The notes: generated from the letters alone by a model not told the origin. A stretch of DNA of 64,000 nucleotides from Octopus vulgaris (GCA_951406725.2 OX597838.1:38564001-38628000), one strand, 5' to 3'. Numbered from the stretch's first letter, positions 28,173 to 40,793 are shown. Numbers and translations: made by a program.

Positions 28173-28435
28173 TTATATATATACATATATACATATATAT
28201 ACATATATAAATGTATATATATATACACGCACATATGTGTGTATATATGTATAACTGAGTATTAATACATCATAATAATATTTTATTCTCCGATTTGAAG
28301 CGACATTTTTTTAAATACAAAGAAACGACTGAAAAATGATGAGCTAACCCCAGCCCCAAATCAATGCTAACACGGCTCCTTGCGCATCCAACTGGGCCAA
28401 AGGGTCATCCATCAATTTCACCCAAATATAGTTAA

Positions 28436-28950
28436 CCAGCAGTATCGCCCGGCGTTGCTCGGGTTTGTAAGGGAAATGACTATATAAGCATTTTTAGAGA
28501 GTTACTTCCCTTATAGATGCCAATTCGGGCTTTCTTAGCCATTTCTGTTTTGGTGTCTTCAAGCCATGAAGTCGTTGTTCTAAAAGAACGCTGGTCACCT
28601 TGACAACGCTTTACGACGTTGATTTCCTTACACTCCCTTCCCCACAGCTTCACGAGGGAGGGAAGAAGGGGAAGAAGCAAACACAGGTGCAGGTGTGACC
28701 ATGGACGCCAACTCCGCCGCCATCGACACACGAAAAATTATGCATTAAAATGGAATAAAAAATGATGTTAAATTATTTTTAAAATCGTAGACTCATCGTA
28801 GACGCGCGCTAATAGCCAGACGGGCTCGATATGAATCACGACTATAAGATACCCGAATTTGGTTAAACGGCACCGCAAAATGTGGGAGTAGTTAGGAATC
28901 TAAATCGAAGGAGACAGACACTCACACAACTACAGTTTTATATATATAGA
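28436..28950 (-). mobile_element. Non-autonomous Helitron
   Basis: rc begins TCTATATATATAAAA and ends with hairpin cccgagcaacgccggg + CTGG (CTAG in the sister copy at 62029-62426). Sits between A and T. Confidence 0.85.
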
Positions 28951-28999
28951 TATATACTAAGCTGTCTAATACTACATATAATATTTGTAAACATACATA

Positions 29000-29275
29000 T
29001 CATGGACTCTCTTGTCGTTAGATGACGTATGAGGCTTTCGGCAATTTCTTGGCGAGCAACCATACAGATGATTCGTTTATAGTGATCAGATGTTTGTGTC
29101 CACATCAGCTCCCTCCCTCCATCAAATTGACATTACCTGCACAGGTGCACCATGCGCCATATGTCAGGTGACGAAATGATCGCAGAGCAACGTGAAATGA
29201 AGTGTTTTGCTCTGGGAATCGAAAGCACGGTCTCGCAATTGTGAGTGCAACACCCTAAACATTGAGCCCTACGCC

Positions 29276-29280
<5 letters not shown>
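29000..29280 (-). mobile_element. tRNA-headed SINE family D (second copy ~35770-36060)
   Basis: Both copies share ggactc..gtcg..gacgt..tgatcagatgttt..aaattgac..caggtgc..tgatcgcagag..caccctaa..ccttcac. Confidence 0.6.
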
Positions 29281-29318
<38 letters not shown>

Positions 29319-29355
29319 GCACACACACACATACACACACACACACACACATACA

Positions 29356-29386
<31 letters not shown>

Positions 29387-30119
29387 GTGATAATGATAAA
29401 CGTCGCCCTTTTTAAGCCTAGCCAGGCTCTTTTACAGCAAAATATCCATTTGCACTTGGAACCTCCGATGCAGGGAGTATAAACAACCACAGCGTTGAAA
29501 CGTACGTGGGGCTCAAATACTATAATCCTGTGTTTATCATCATTTTTCCTGTATTTGATCTGTATATCGTGACTAGTAATGCTACAGAGTATTGCAATAA
29601 TCAGTTCTTATATTGGAAGATGGGTGGCTGTTTTTGATACCATACATACCGATCTATATACACCAGCAGCAATCGTAAATCTTACTGTACACACAAGATA
29701 TATTATATACATACATACACACACACACACGCACACACACACATATATACATACATATATACATACATACACACAAACACACACACATATGTATGTATAC
29801 CGAAAGAGATAAATAATAACAGATGATGGATAATTGTCAGTTATTATTCATTTCATTAGAATACACCAAGGGAATTTACAACTTGTCGGACACCCTCGGG
29901 CAGTGTTTCTCAACCTTTGTTACCCCTGCAGAACCTTTAAATTAAATTACCCTTTAAATTAAATTACATGCCTCAAATATATGTATATATATCATGCAAA
30001 TATATATGTATATATATCATATCTTTCTCATATTCTTTTCATTGTAGTTCACGAGGTAAATATTATATTGGATTAAGTCTTTCTTTGTTTGATTTGCAAA
30101 ATAGTGGTTTTGTCTCTAA

Positions 30120-30183
<64 letters not shown>

Positions 30184-30185
<2 letters not shown>

Positions 30186-30854
30186 AGACTCTTCTTGCAG
30201 TAGAAGAAATAGCCAAATTTTGGGCTGCTATTTCTAAAAAGCTCGGTGTGCGGTAAAGTAAATTATTTTACTTTACCCTATTTTTATAAAGTAATATTTC
30301 AAATATATCGGAAATGGTCATTTTACATACCGAACACTGCTAGGTCGAATTAATTAATAATTAATTAATTCTACCCTTTTTTATTGACAATATAATGCTT
30401 TCTCCCCAAGAATCTTAACTACAGTTTTGCCTCTGTAGGAATGCACTACTCTGTGACTCACGTGGGTGGACAGGGAGAACACTAGATCTCATTTGTATTT
30501 TTGGATTCGCTAGTACTGGTGGTCTGGCATGGTTTGTCCGGTGTTACCAATATCGGACGAGTATGTTTGATTCTTAGTACTTTCAAATCTAAATCAGAAG
30601 AAATCTCTGAGCTGATGAAGGAAATGTTGGCGTTTAACCCACGAATCCAGAAACAGGCTGTCCTCGGGTATCTCATATGGATGTGATCTTTCGTTGTTTT
30701 TCTCTTATACCTATGTGAGTTATTTCTGAGTATGCATTGTCTGGGAGACTTTTTCTTGCAGTAGAAGAAATAGCTAAATTTTTTGCTGCTATTTCTAAAA
30801 AGCTCGGTGTGTGGTAAAGTGAATTATTTTACTTTACCCTATTTTTATAAAGTA
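30184..30854 (+). mobile_element. Retrozyme/pLTR-like element: ~560-nt monomer with 110-bp terminal direct repeat and hammerhead
   Basis: 30184-30293 resembles 30744-30854. (TA)n on both sides. HHR at 30607-30667. Confidence 0.85.
30607..30667 (+). ncRNA. Type I hammerhead ribozyme
   Basis: ctgag-CTGATGA-aGGA..TCCa-GAAAC-aggct-GTC-ctcgg. Confidence 0.85.
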
Positions 30855-30885
30855 TATATATAAAGTATATATATATTTTTATAAA

Positions 30886-30957
<72 letters not shown>

Positions 30958-31423
30958 CATAATTATATTTATAGTACTTATAGTATTTATTTGATACTAT
31001 ATTACTAAGAATTGGATATTTCTATAAGTATTTTACATAAGATTACATAAGTCAGTTTAAGTTAGTTTATTTGTAGTTTGAAATTAGCTATTTCATCTTT
31101 AAATATGAAAAATTAAATTTATTAGGTTTTCATTATATACAATTATTTATAGAGATTATTTTAGATCTTGATTATAATATTTATATATATTTTCATTGAT
31201 AATTTATATATATTAGTCATTTTAATATTTATGTAATTAGATATAGATTAATATTGATATTAGATTATGGGTTTTCTACCTTATAAATTAAAGTTAATAT
31301 TTAACATTATAGTCGATTTCGATATAATCATATTTAATAATAGAGTTTATTATAAGTAAAATTATTATATTATATATATTATTTATATTTTAAAAATATT
31401 GATTATATTTTAGATATTTAAAC

Positions 31424-31487
31424 CACCTGATGAATGACTGCGACTCACAAATTTGAAGATGTTAGCAGGCATGAAACGATCGTAGTG
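31424..31487 (+). ncRNA. Type I hammerhead ribozyme in extremely AT-rich insert (~30955-31612)
   Basis: cac-CTGATGA-ATGaCTGC..GCAGgCAT-GAAAC-gatc-GTA-gtg. Stem III ACGATCGT is a perfect palindrome. Confidence 0.85.
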
Positions 31488-31797
31488 TGATATTAATTAT
31501 ATTTTTTTAATAATTTTGTTATATATTTAAATAATATAAATTAAATAATATTATGTATTGGATTAAGTTTTTCATTGTTTGATTTGCCTAATAGTGGTTT
31601 TGTTTCTAATTTAGACGCCGACCAAGAATCATTACTGTTGCTCCCATTGGAACACAAGGTAAAATCTATAATGAACTCCTCGCCTTTTCAAGAACATGGA
31701 TTTTTTATATTTGACTCTTTTGAATGTATGTCACAATTATGAACTGTTCCATCATACTCTTTAAGCATATAGCATGGACTCTCTTTATTATAAAAAA

Positions 31798-31844
31798 ATT
31801 TTTTGATAAGGTTCGTTATTTCAAGAACCGAAACATGTTAAATT
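31798..31844 (+). ncRNA. Degenerate hammerhead
   Basis: ttt-TTGATAA-GGTTC gttatttcaa GAACC-GAAAC-AT-GTT-aaa. Stem III palindrome ACATGT; core mutated. Confidence 0.55.
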
Positions 31845-32046
31845 AAAATTTATCTAATATAGCGGCATTTTCAAACTTCATTTTTTATAAATATATATAT
31901 ATATATATATATATCATATAATTAAGGGCTAAAGAGGGTTATTCTAAAGCCAAATACACTGTTTTATCCACTTATAATCCGCTTGTTACAGGAAAATTGA
32001 AACTGAAAACGGGCAACTAACCTTTAGAAAATTTAAATTTCGTTAT

Positions 32047-32110
32047 CTCTATATTGAATCAATTTCGGACTTAATCTTATAAAAAAAGATATATTCCTTC
32101 TTCAGTAGAA
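32047..32110 (-). ncRNA. Type I hammerhead ribozyme (AUA cleavage triplet) in insert ~31915-32385
   Basis: rc reads ttcta-CTGAAGA-aGGA..TCC-GAAA-ttgattca-ATA-tagag. Stem III is ATTGA-T-TCAAT. Confidence 0.8.
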
Positions 32111-32378
32111 CTTTCGATGGGATATAAATAAAATACTCACGTATGATCATGGAAAAAGCACAAGCTAAAAACATAACTACACTTGAGTACATCACTTATA
32201 TCTAAAAATAAAAATTCTTTGGTCAGCCTCAGAAAACAACGTCCAGACCTTTCGCCGCTACAAATTGTAATGGTTACCAGTCCTCCTGTAGCAAGCATCG
32301 AGTTTACTACTAACAATATAGGATGAAGTCCCTTACTCTACAGCAAAGGAATTCATCAGGAAGCGTGGGCAGTATATT

Positions 32379-32457
<79 letters not shown>

Positions 32458-32459
<2 letters not shown>

Positions 32460-32621
32460 CGGGAAGCTTTATGAAAATAAACAAAAGACGAAGGCAGGTG
32501 GAATACAAACAAACAATTGTATTAGTATGGCGCTCAGGAATATAAATAAAACAAGTCTTTTACGTTTCGAGCCTACGCTCTTCAACAGAAAGATACACAG
32601 AAAAGAAACACAGAAAGAAAC

Positions 32622-32625
<4 letters not shown>
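32458..32625 (-). mobile_element. pLTR-like insert with minimal hammerhead variant (32556-32593)
   Basis: rc reads tcttt-CTGTTGA-A-GAGC gtag GCTC-GAAAC-GTA-aaaga. Stem III is reduced to ACGT. Confidence 0.65.
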
Positions 32626-32690
<65 letters not shown>

Positions 32691-33184
32691 ATGTATGTAT
32701 GTATGTATATATGGTTGTTATATTTTTCTGGTAACATAATAGGTTAGCTAGGATTGTGTCTATATTAAATATTACAATAACTAATGATATATTTTCACGA
32801 ATAGTAATATTACGGTCACGAAATTAGCATTAGCTTATTTCACTCTTTCTCACCAAACTCGAAGGAGTCTTTTGCGGAACCCCAGGGTCCCGGAAAACTC
32901 TGGTTGAGAAACGCTGCTCTTGAGTATACGAACAACGTATAATTCAACGTAACGCGAGCTCTGGACCAGCCGCTAGGCGCTAAATACTCATAGGGTTGCT
33001 TTTCTCAGTGAACACAACCGGAATATCCTATTTAATACTTATCAACCATAGGCCGGAACCACAGGTTTACCCAACCCTACCTAGTGCATATCTTTTCAAA
33101 TTTCACATTCTATCTGAATACATTTATATGTATGTATGTATATATATATCCATGTTTTGTGTGAGTATGTATGCGTGTGTATAT

Positions 33185-33253
<69 letters not shown>

Positions 33254-33258
33254 AAGAT

Positions 33259-33303
<45 letters not shown>

Positions 33304-33681
33304 CACATATACATATATATATATGTGTGCGTGCGCGCATCTGTATATATGTGTATGTATGTATGTATGTATGTATGTATGTATGTATGTATGTATGAAT
33401 GTATGCATGTATGCATGTATGTATGTATGTATGTATGTATGTATGTGTGTATGTATGTATGTATGCATGCATGTATGTATACAAAGATATGCTCATCAGT
33501 GAATCAATCACACTCGTATGACTGACGGACGAAAACAAGTTTTAAGAACCACCGCTATGCTAAATTCTGTGGAACAGAGGTTGGGAAGGAAGGCAATTGA
33601 GATGCTATTATACGCCCACCGTGAGTTACGTTAGGGAATGCCTCCAATCATTCCCATTACTGATACATACATACGTATGTC

Positions 33682-33715
<34 letters not shown>

Positions 33716-33873
33716 AGTGTGTGTGTGTGTGTATATATATATGTATGTATATATGAATAGACATATATATATATGTATATGTATATATGTCTATTTATAT
33801 ATACATATATATATATATATGGATATATACATATATATAATTACACGTATGTATATATATGTATATATGTATG

Positions 33874-33904
<31 letters not shown>

Positions 33905-33950
33905 GTACGTCCCTGTTGCATATTCATATATATATATATATATATAGACA

Positions 33951-33994
<44 letters not shown>

Positions 33995-34103
33995 GTATAA
34001 ATATGTGTGGGTATGCGTACTTACATCATGTAAACTTGCATGCCTACATTAGAATATAGGCCTACGTACATGTGTCATATATTCGTATGTACGCACACGC
34101 CTT

Positions 34104-34156
<53 letters not shown>

Positions 34157-34656
34157 CTGTGTTTGTGACTGTGTGTCTGATCGTATGTTTGTATGTGTGT
34201 CCGTGTTTCCAACCACTTATCAAGCTTTCAGTGATCAGTAGGCCGTAAATTGAGTTAGTGTCGTTAACAAAGGACCCAATTTACGTTAAAATGGCTGATG
34301 AACCGAACAGCGGAGATCTCTGCGTGGCGTAGAACAAACTGGAAATGTTAAGCTAAGATGTCCACTATGAATGACATTTCAGATAAAAACATTTACGGAA
34401 ACAACAATGCAGACTTCAACAGCAGCAGCAGCAATAATAAGAACGACATCAATAACGACAACAACCACAAAGGCAATAACAAACTCTGCTATAACGACAT
34501 CAAATCCAATGATAATTGCCATGAAACATCAACAGCCATAACAGCCAAAAAACAACGCCATCACCACCACGACCACCACCACAGAAAAAAAAAGCAATGA
34601 TGGTGACATCGACGACCACAATAACAACAACCGCAAAATCAATAATAATAATAATA

Positions 34657-34702
<46 letters not shown>

Positions 34703-34740
34703 GTATTAGTATTATTATCATCATCATTAATATTATTATT

Positions 34741-35303
34741 GAGAGAGAGAGAGAGCAATGCATGCCATCAAAGTGACACTGGGGTAAATTATACGAAGCC
34801 CAGTATACCCATCATGACTACCCGTCTGATAAGGGTTCATAATGCACATGCATCACAACCATATGTGCGCGACAGGGTGATCTCATATCAAGATAAACAG
34901 CGCATGACCTTGCAGGTGGAGTCCAGTTAGAATTTTCTTCTGGTCGAGTAGCCCATCCCGCTCAAAAGGTCCCTGAATAAGGGTTGTTTAAGAATGTTGA
35001 ACGAAACACTCATGTTTCCAGAGGTGAATTATTCAAGTCCCAAAGAATCCCTCTCAACACATGGCTATGATGCTCCCCCACTACTTCTGCTCGTGATCAG
35101 AGATGCACATATCGTCCGCCACTAAGGGACATGCTCAACTGGTTAAGGTCAAACAACTGACAAGCAAATCTGTGGTATTGAGCAGAATATTTGCTGTAGC
35201 CCATCTTTTATACCAAGACAAAACAATGTACATGATAACACTTCCAATCAGTTAAGATCAGAAGCCATGAGAGCCACTGCCTGGTACTGCATCAGGGTAC
35301 TGT
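34741..35303 (-). mobile_element. ~560-bp non-coding element specific for (AAT)n (family X)
   Basis: Four copies in the window (also 51268-52020, 58490-59001, 59033-59581), all abutting (ATT/AAT)n. Strand is inferred. Confidence 0.85.
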
Positions 35304-35331
35304 ATTATTATTATTATTATTATAAATATTA

Positions 35332-35395
<64 letters not shown>

Positions 35396-35449
35396 GTTGT
35401 TGTTGTTGTTGTTGTTGTTATTATTATTATTATACTTTCTACTAATAAC

Positions 35450-35760
35450 ACAGGGCTAGCAATGTTGTCCGAGGCGATAAGTCGATTACATCGATACCTA
35501 TACGCAATTGGTATTTATTTCATTAAGAACCAGTTACGCACTGGGTCGATGTAATCGACTTAATCCATTTGTCTGTCATCGTTTGTCCTCTCTGTGTTTA
35601 GCCCCTTGGGGGTAGTATAGAATTAGGTATTTATTTCATCATCTCCGAAAAAAAGTAAGGCAAAGTCACTCACGGCATATTTTGAAATTAGAACGTAAAG
35701 ACGGATGAAAATGCCAATCTGCATTTTGTCCGGCATGCTAGCGATATCTGCCAGCTCGAG
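35450..35760 (-). mobile_element. SINE family C, decayed (other pieces ~16060-16180, 38680-39130, 62638-63015)
   Basis: rc begins cgagctggcaga..cgctagcatgccggacaaaatgc..gttctaatttcaaa..gccgtgagtgactttgcc. Confidence 0.6.
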
Positions 35761-36061
35761 TAATAATGATGGACTCATCCGTCGAAGAAGACGTGTGACT
35801 GTTCAGCCGATCGATTTGAAGAAATGCTTTGTTTACAATGATCAGATGTTTATGATGCATATTGGCTCATTTTCGCCATGAAATTGACGGTGCCTGAACA
35901 GGTGCCCGGTGTAGCACGCGCCGGGCACCGAAGTGATCGCAGAGTGACAAAAGACGAAGTGGTTTACTCAAGAACACAACTCACCAGCCAGTCTAGGAAT
36001 GGAAACCACGATCTCTCGATCGTCAGAGCAATGCCCTAACCACTAGTCTATACACCTTCAC

Positions 36062-36143
<82 letters not shown>

Positions 36144-36365
36144 TACTCAAAAAAAATACTCAGACAAATACATTACAAAAACACCAGGACTTACAAACAC
36201 ATATAACATACAGAAAATTGCACTACTAGGCACTGCACACATCCTACGCAGAACACTTTCCATACAATAACCATCAGAGCATCACAACAAATCACAGCAC
36301 ATACCCAAGGCACACAGAGCTGCGCTCGGTAGTGAAGTGAAAGCATGCTATAAAAAATAAAACTA

Positions 36366-36369
<4 letters not shown>
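36144..36369 (+). mobile_element. R4/Dong-type non-LTR retrotransposon 3' end #1 in (TAA)n
   Basis: KYSDKYITKTPGLTNTYNIQKIALLGTAHILRRTLSIQ* (stop 36268-36270), short 3'UTR, (AAT)n on both sides. Confidence 0.8.
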
Positions 36370-36396
<27 letters not shown>

Positions 36397-36400
<4 letters not shown>

Positions 36401-36724
36401 CCAGTGATCGTAGGAGCACTAGGAATGATCAAGAAGGGAACCGAAAATTATATGAGAATGATCCCTGGCTTACCATCCCTGCAAGAAGTGCAAAAGATTG
36501 TCTTAACTGGTACATCACACGTATTGAGAAGAGCATTGTCGATGTGAGAACTGTTGCTGCTCATGTATTTTAATTTAACTTAAAAAAAATAAATAAAAAA
36601 ATGAACGAACTATTGAGTTTGGTTTAATGGCCTACCAATGTATACTATGAGTTTCTTTGCCTTAGGAGTCGGAAAGACACTCGGCAAGAAATAGAAGCAA
36701 ATTTGAAAGAAGAGAAAAAAAAAA

Positions 36725-36725
<1 letters not shown>
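36397..36725 (+). mobile_element. R4/Dong-type 3' end #2 in (TAA)n
   Basis: IPVIVGALGMIKKGTENYMRMIPGLPSLQEVQKIVLTGTSHVLRRALSM* (stop 36545-36547). Confidence 0.85.
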
Positions 36726-36816
<91 letters not shown>

Positions 36817-36855
36817 ATAGTAGTGGTGGTGGTGGTGGTGGTGGTGGTGGTGGTG

Positions 36856-36936
<81 letters not shown>

Positions 36937-37836
36937 AGCACGGAAATGGTACGAACATGAACCAGAAGGAGCCACCGAGAACAATGAATATAAGATATTG
37001 TGGGACTTTACAATCCAATGTGACCCCCTAACTGATGCTCGGAGACTGCACATTGTTGTGATGAACAAAGGATGAAAGAAAAACGAAGAATATAGATATT
37101 GCAATACCTGAGAATGCATGCATAATTGGCAAAGAATTAGAAAAGACGGAAAAGCACAGACTACTAAAGGACAGAATTGCAAGAATTTGAACTATGAGGA
37201 GAGTGTCTGCCATTCCTGTCGTTGTAGGGGCAATCGGAATACGAACTACCAGGTTCGAGAAATATGTCAGAGAAATCGGAATTGAAATGAGAGCAGCGCA
37301 AACCCAAAAAACTGCTCTGCTGCGGACAGGTAGGATTTTGAGATGGGCACATGAGTGTTGGTGGAGGCACATGGCCTAGTGGTTAGAGCAGCGGACTTGC
37401 GGTCGAGGGATAGTGGGTTCGAATCTCAGACCAAGCGATGTGTGTGTTTATGAGCGAAACACCTAAGTTCCACGCAGCTCCAGCAGAAGGTAGTGGTGAA
37501 ACTTCTGCTGACTCTTTCGCCACAACTTTCTCTCACTTTTTTTCTCCTGCATCTTGCAGCTCACCTGCGACGGACTGGCGTCGCGTCCAGGTGGGGTACC
37601 TATACGCCAAGAAACCGGGAAACCGACCCTTATGAGCCAGGCTTGGCTCGAGGAGGAACAAACAACAACAACAACATGAGTGTTGAATATCTTCCACGAT
37701 AATTAATGACCAATTACCAACGCTTATAATTTGCGGAGAGAGAGACCCCGAGAGACCTCTGACAACAAGACAAGCTGCTCTCCGCTCTCGCAGAAAAAAG
37801 AAGAGCAATCAAGACCGAGCGCTCTGGGAGGGAAAA
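36937..37836 (+). pseudogene. R4/Dong-type restriction-like endonuclease domain + 3'UTR, #3 (interrupted by a SINE)
   Basis: KWYEHEPEGATENNEYKILWDFTIQCD..ARRLHIVV..IDIAIP..KELEKTEKH..IPVVVGAIG..QKTALLRTGRILR, with stops. (AAT)n follows. Confidence 0.85.
37361..37673 (+). mobile_element. tRNA-derived SINE family B variant with V-domain-like body and (CAA)n tail
   Basis: A box TGGCCTAGTGG, B box GGTTCGAATCT, body cctgcgacggactggcgtc..gtccagg..gaaaccgg. 12-bp TSD acatgagtgttg at 37349-37360 and 37674-37685. Confidence 0.9.
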
Positions 37837-37847
37837 CAATAATAATG

Positions 37848-37914
<67 letters not shown>

Positions 37915-38006
37915 TGATAATAAAACCAACAACAACAAAATAAAGTGAAATGTTAATTGTTATGAAACTTAAGCAGTCATAAGAGCAACATCAACGCTAT
38001 CATCAC

Positions 38007-38041
<35 letters not shown>

Positions 38042-38055
38042 AGAAGAAGAAGGAA

Positions 38056-38086
<31 letters not shown>

Positions 38087-39304
38087 AGAAGAGGAAGAAG
38101 AAGAAGAGGAAGAAGAAGAAGAAGGAAAAGAAGAAGAGGAAGAAGAAGAAGAGGAAGGAGAGGAAGAAGAAGGAGAAGAAGAAGAAGAAGAAGAAGAAGA
38201 AGAAGAAAAGAACAAGAACAAGAACAAGAACAAGAAGAACAACAACAACAACAACAAGAAGAACGACAACAACACCACCACCAACAACAACAAGAGCAAC
38301 AGCGGTAGTAGCAAGAAAAACACCTTTAACGACATCGAATCCAGAAATAATTACTATGAGACGTCAAGAGTCATAACATCAAAAGACAACGCCATCACCA
38401 CCAGAAACCACCACCACCACCACAACAACAACAACAACACCAACAACAACGATGACGATGACGACAATAATAATAATAACAACAACCACAAATATCGTCC
38501 TATCTAATGAAAATTGCGAAGAGACGTCATAAGAGTAGAGGAAAAAACAACAGTATAACCACTAACGAGAACAATACGGGCAATTATAACGACAACAACG
38601 TCTATAACAACAATATTAACGATTTATTTTATTGGTCACAAAGGCCCAAGACATGGAGGACAATATCTGCTTCTTTACTACCCAGAAGGGGCTAAACACA
38701 GAGGGGACAAACAAGGACACATAGACCCCAGTACTTGAATGATACTTATTTTATCGACCCCACTACTTGACTGGCACTTAATTTATCAACCCCGAAAAGA
38801 TGAAAGGCAAAGTCCACCTCCACGGAACTTCAACGCAAAATGTTAAAGATGGATGAAATGTCGAAATAAAGATGAAACAATCTGGTAATTTAGAGTTTAT
38901 TTGGGTCTTAAGCAACGAAATGTTGTGCGGTGTTTATTTCGGTTTCTTTGTTCTGAGTTCAACTCCTGCAGAGACCAGCAAAGCCTTTGATCCATCCTTT
39001 CATCAATAAAATCCCAGCTTTAGATGTTTGGGGACCGGTGAAATCGCTATAGTGTGAGATGGGTAACTCTGTGGTATTTTTCCTGCTCTTTGTGTTCTAG
39101 GTTCAAATCCCGCCGTGGCCTAGTTGGATAGGCAACGTGGATGATAAACGTCGAGCTCCCAGACTGCCTTTAGGGGAGTCTACACTCTACAATGTTATAT
39201 TATCATCTCACCACCTCCTTGTCCAAACGCTCTTCGATACCATCATTGATTCTGCTTTCCCTCTTGAGAATCTCAAAAATGTATCTTTTGCCTTTTGGTC
39301 TTTC

Positions 39305-39505
39305 GTTTTTACTTGTTTCAGTCCGTGGAGTGCAGCCATGCTGGAGCACCGCTTTGAGAGGTTTTAGGCAAGAGAGACAGATAGAATAAGTACTTAAGTA
39401 CTGGGCTTACAAAGAATAAGGCCTGGGCTCGATTTGCTCTTCCGAAAGCGGTGCTCCAGCATGGCCGCAGCCAAATGACTGAAACAAATAAAAGAATAAA
39501 AGAAT
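39305..39505. mobile_element. Two SINE A 3' ends in inverted orientation
   Basis: ttacttgtttcagtc..gccatgctggagcaccgc on one side; gcggtgctccagcatggccgcag..actgaaacaa on the other. Confidence 0.7.
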
Positions 39506-39542
39506 ACACACAAACAAACACATATATATATACATATATATG

Positions 39543-39609
<67 letters not shown>

Positions 39610-39611
<2 letters not shown>

Positions 39612-40125
39612 CGTAAAGTGTACTAGCCATCTGAATGTGGCTAGCCACTGGGGGAGGTGTTACTGAAGCATATAGCCCCAGGAGATCATCGTGTCCAGCT
39701 GGCTTTAGACACACTTTCTTTACCCTTCTGATATTCGCAAAGGGAGGTCATCCCCTCTCAAAAACCTAAGTGATACATACGGACTATAGTTTAGAGGTAT
39801 TTGCTTCTCGTCAACGTACGGTAATAGATATTCGCAAACAGGTCTCTCCAATCGAAAATCGGTGATTACCGTACGTTGACGAGAGGCAAATACCTCGAAA
39901 CTATAGTCCGTATGTATCACTTAGGTTTTCGAGGGGGGATGACCTCCCTTTGCGAATATCAGAAGGGGACAGAAAGTGTGTCTAAAGCCAGCTGGAGACG
40001 ATGATCTCCTGGGGCTAAAAGCTTCAGTAACACCCACCCCCAGAGGCTAGCCACATTCAGATGGCTAGTACACTTTACGTTGTCGAGCGGTTACTGTTTA
40101 CATCTCCTTCGGAGATTTATTAATG

Positions 40126-40127
<2 letters not shown>
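39610..40127. mobile_element. Foldback hammerhead element in (TA)n: 216-bp inverted arms
   Basis: Arms 39610-39825 and 39865-40081, 39-nt spacer, 46-nt tail. HHR in each arm. Confidence 0.9.
39871..39913 (+). ncRNA. Type I hammerhead ribozyme (UUGACGA core variant)
   Basis: gtacg-TTGACGA-GAGG caaata CCTC-GAAAC-tata-GTC-cgtat. Stem III palindrome ACTATAGT. The mirror copy at 39777-39819 has GAAA>TAAA. Confidence 0.85.
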
Positions 40128-40159
<32 letters not shown>

Positions 40160-40527
40160 TGTGTGTGTGTATGTATGTATACATAATATAATATAATATA
40201 AATGACTATAGTATATATATATATATATATAAGCAATAATAAATCTTACATCGTATTATAAATAGTAGCTGCAACACATCGTGACGTATATTTGCCATTT
40301 AAATATGGCTAATCCCTAAGGGTGGATGCTACTGTAGTTTTTAGCCCCAGGAGGACACCTCCTCCAGCTGGCTATAGACAAACTTTCCGTGCAAAGGGAA
40401 GCCTAGTTGCCAATTCTGTACAAGACATTGTAGATCTTTAGCTGGGCTAAAAAGGCACATTCGATCACAACACCAGTAACAGTTAAGCTTCGTGCAATGA
40501 CCATACTCGATAACGAGGGGGCAGCCA

Positions 40528-40586
<59 letters not shown>

Positions 40587-40732
40587 TACATGGTTCCGGA
40601 CTCAGTCCCACTGCCTTGAACATTAGGCAAACGTCGTCTGTTGTAGCTTCAAGCTGACCGAAGACTTGTGAGTGAATTTCGTAGAAAGAAGTCTGTCATA
40701 TATATATATATATACATGTGTCTGTGTGTGTG

Positions 40733-40793
<61 letters not shown>

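Larger units (their letters stand above)
29901..32916. mobile_element. hAT/Charlie-type MITE expanded by nested (TA)n-targeted inserts
   Basis: TIRs CAGTGTTTCTCAACC / GGTTGAGAAACGCTG. Flanking 8-mers ccctcggg and ctcttgag differ only by transitions (decayed TSD). Confidence 0.7.

Noticed and set aside
34293-34335. CTGATGA-ACCG..CGG possible hammerhead
   Set aside because: Followed by GATC rather than GAAA, with no stem I or III.
39970-40080. Twister ribozyme fit for the conserved CCA/AGCT structure (UAA..GC..AAGC)
   Set aside because: The required GAR plus pseudoknot segment after P2' is missing, and the AAGC is not conserved in the 40342 and 27857 homologs.
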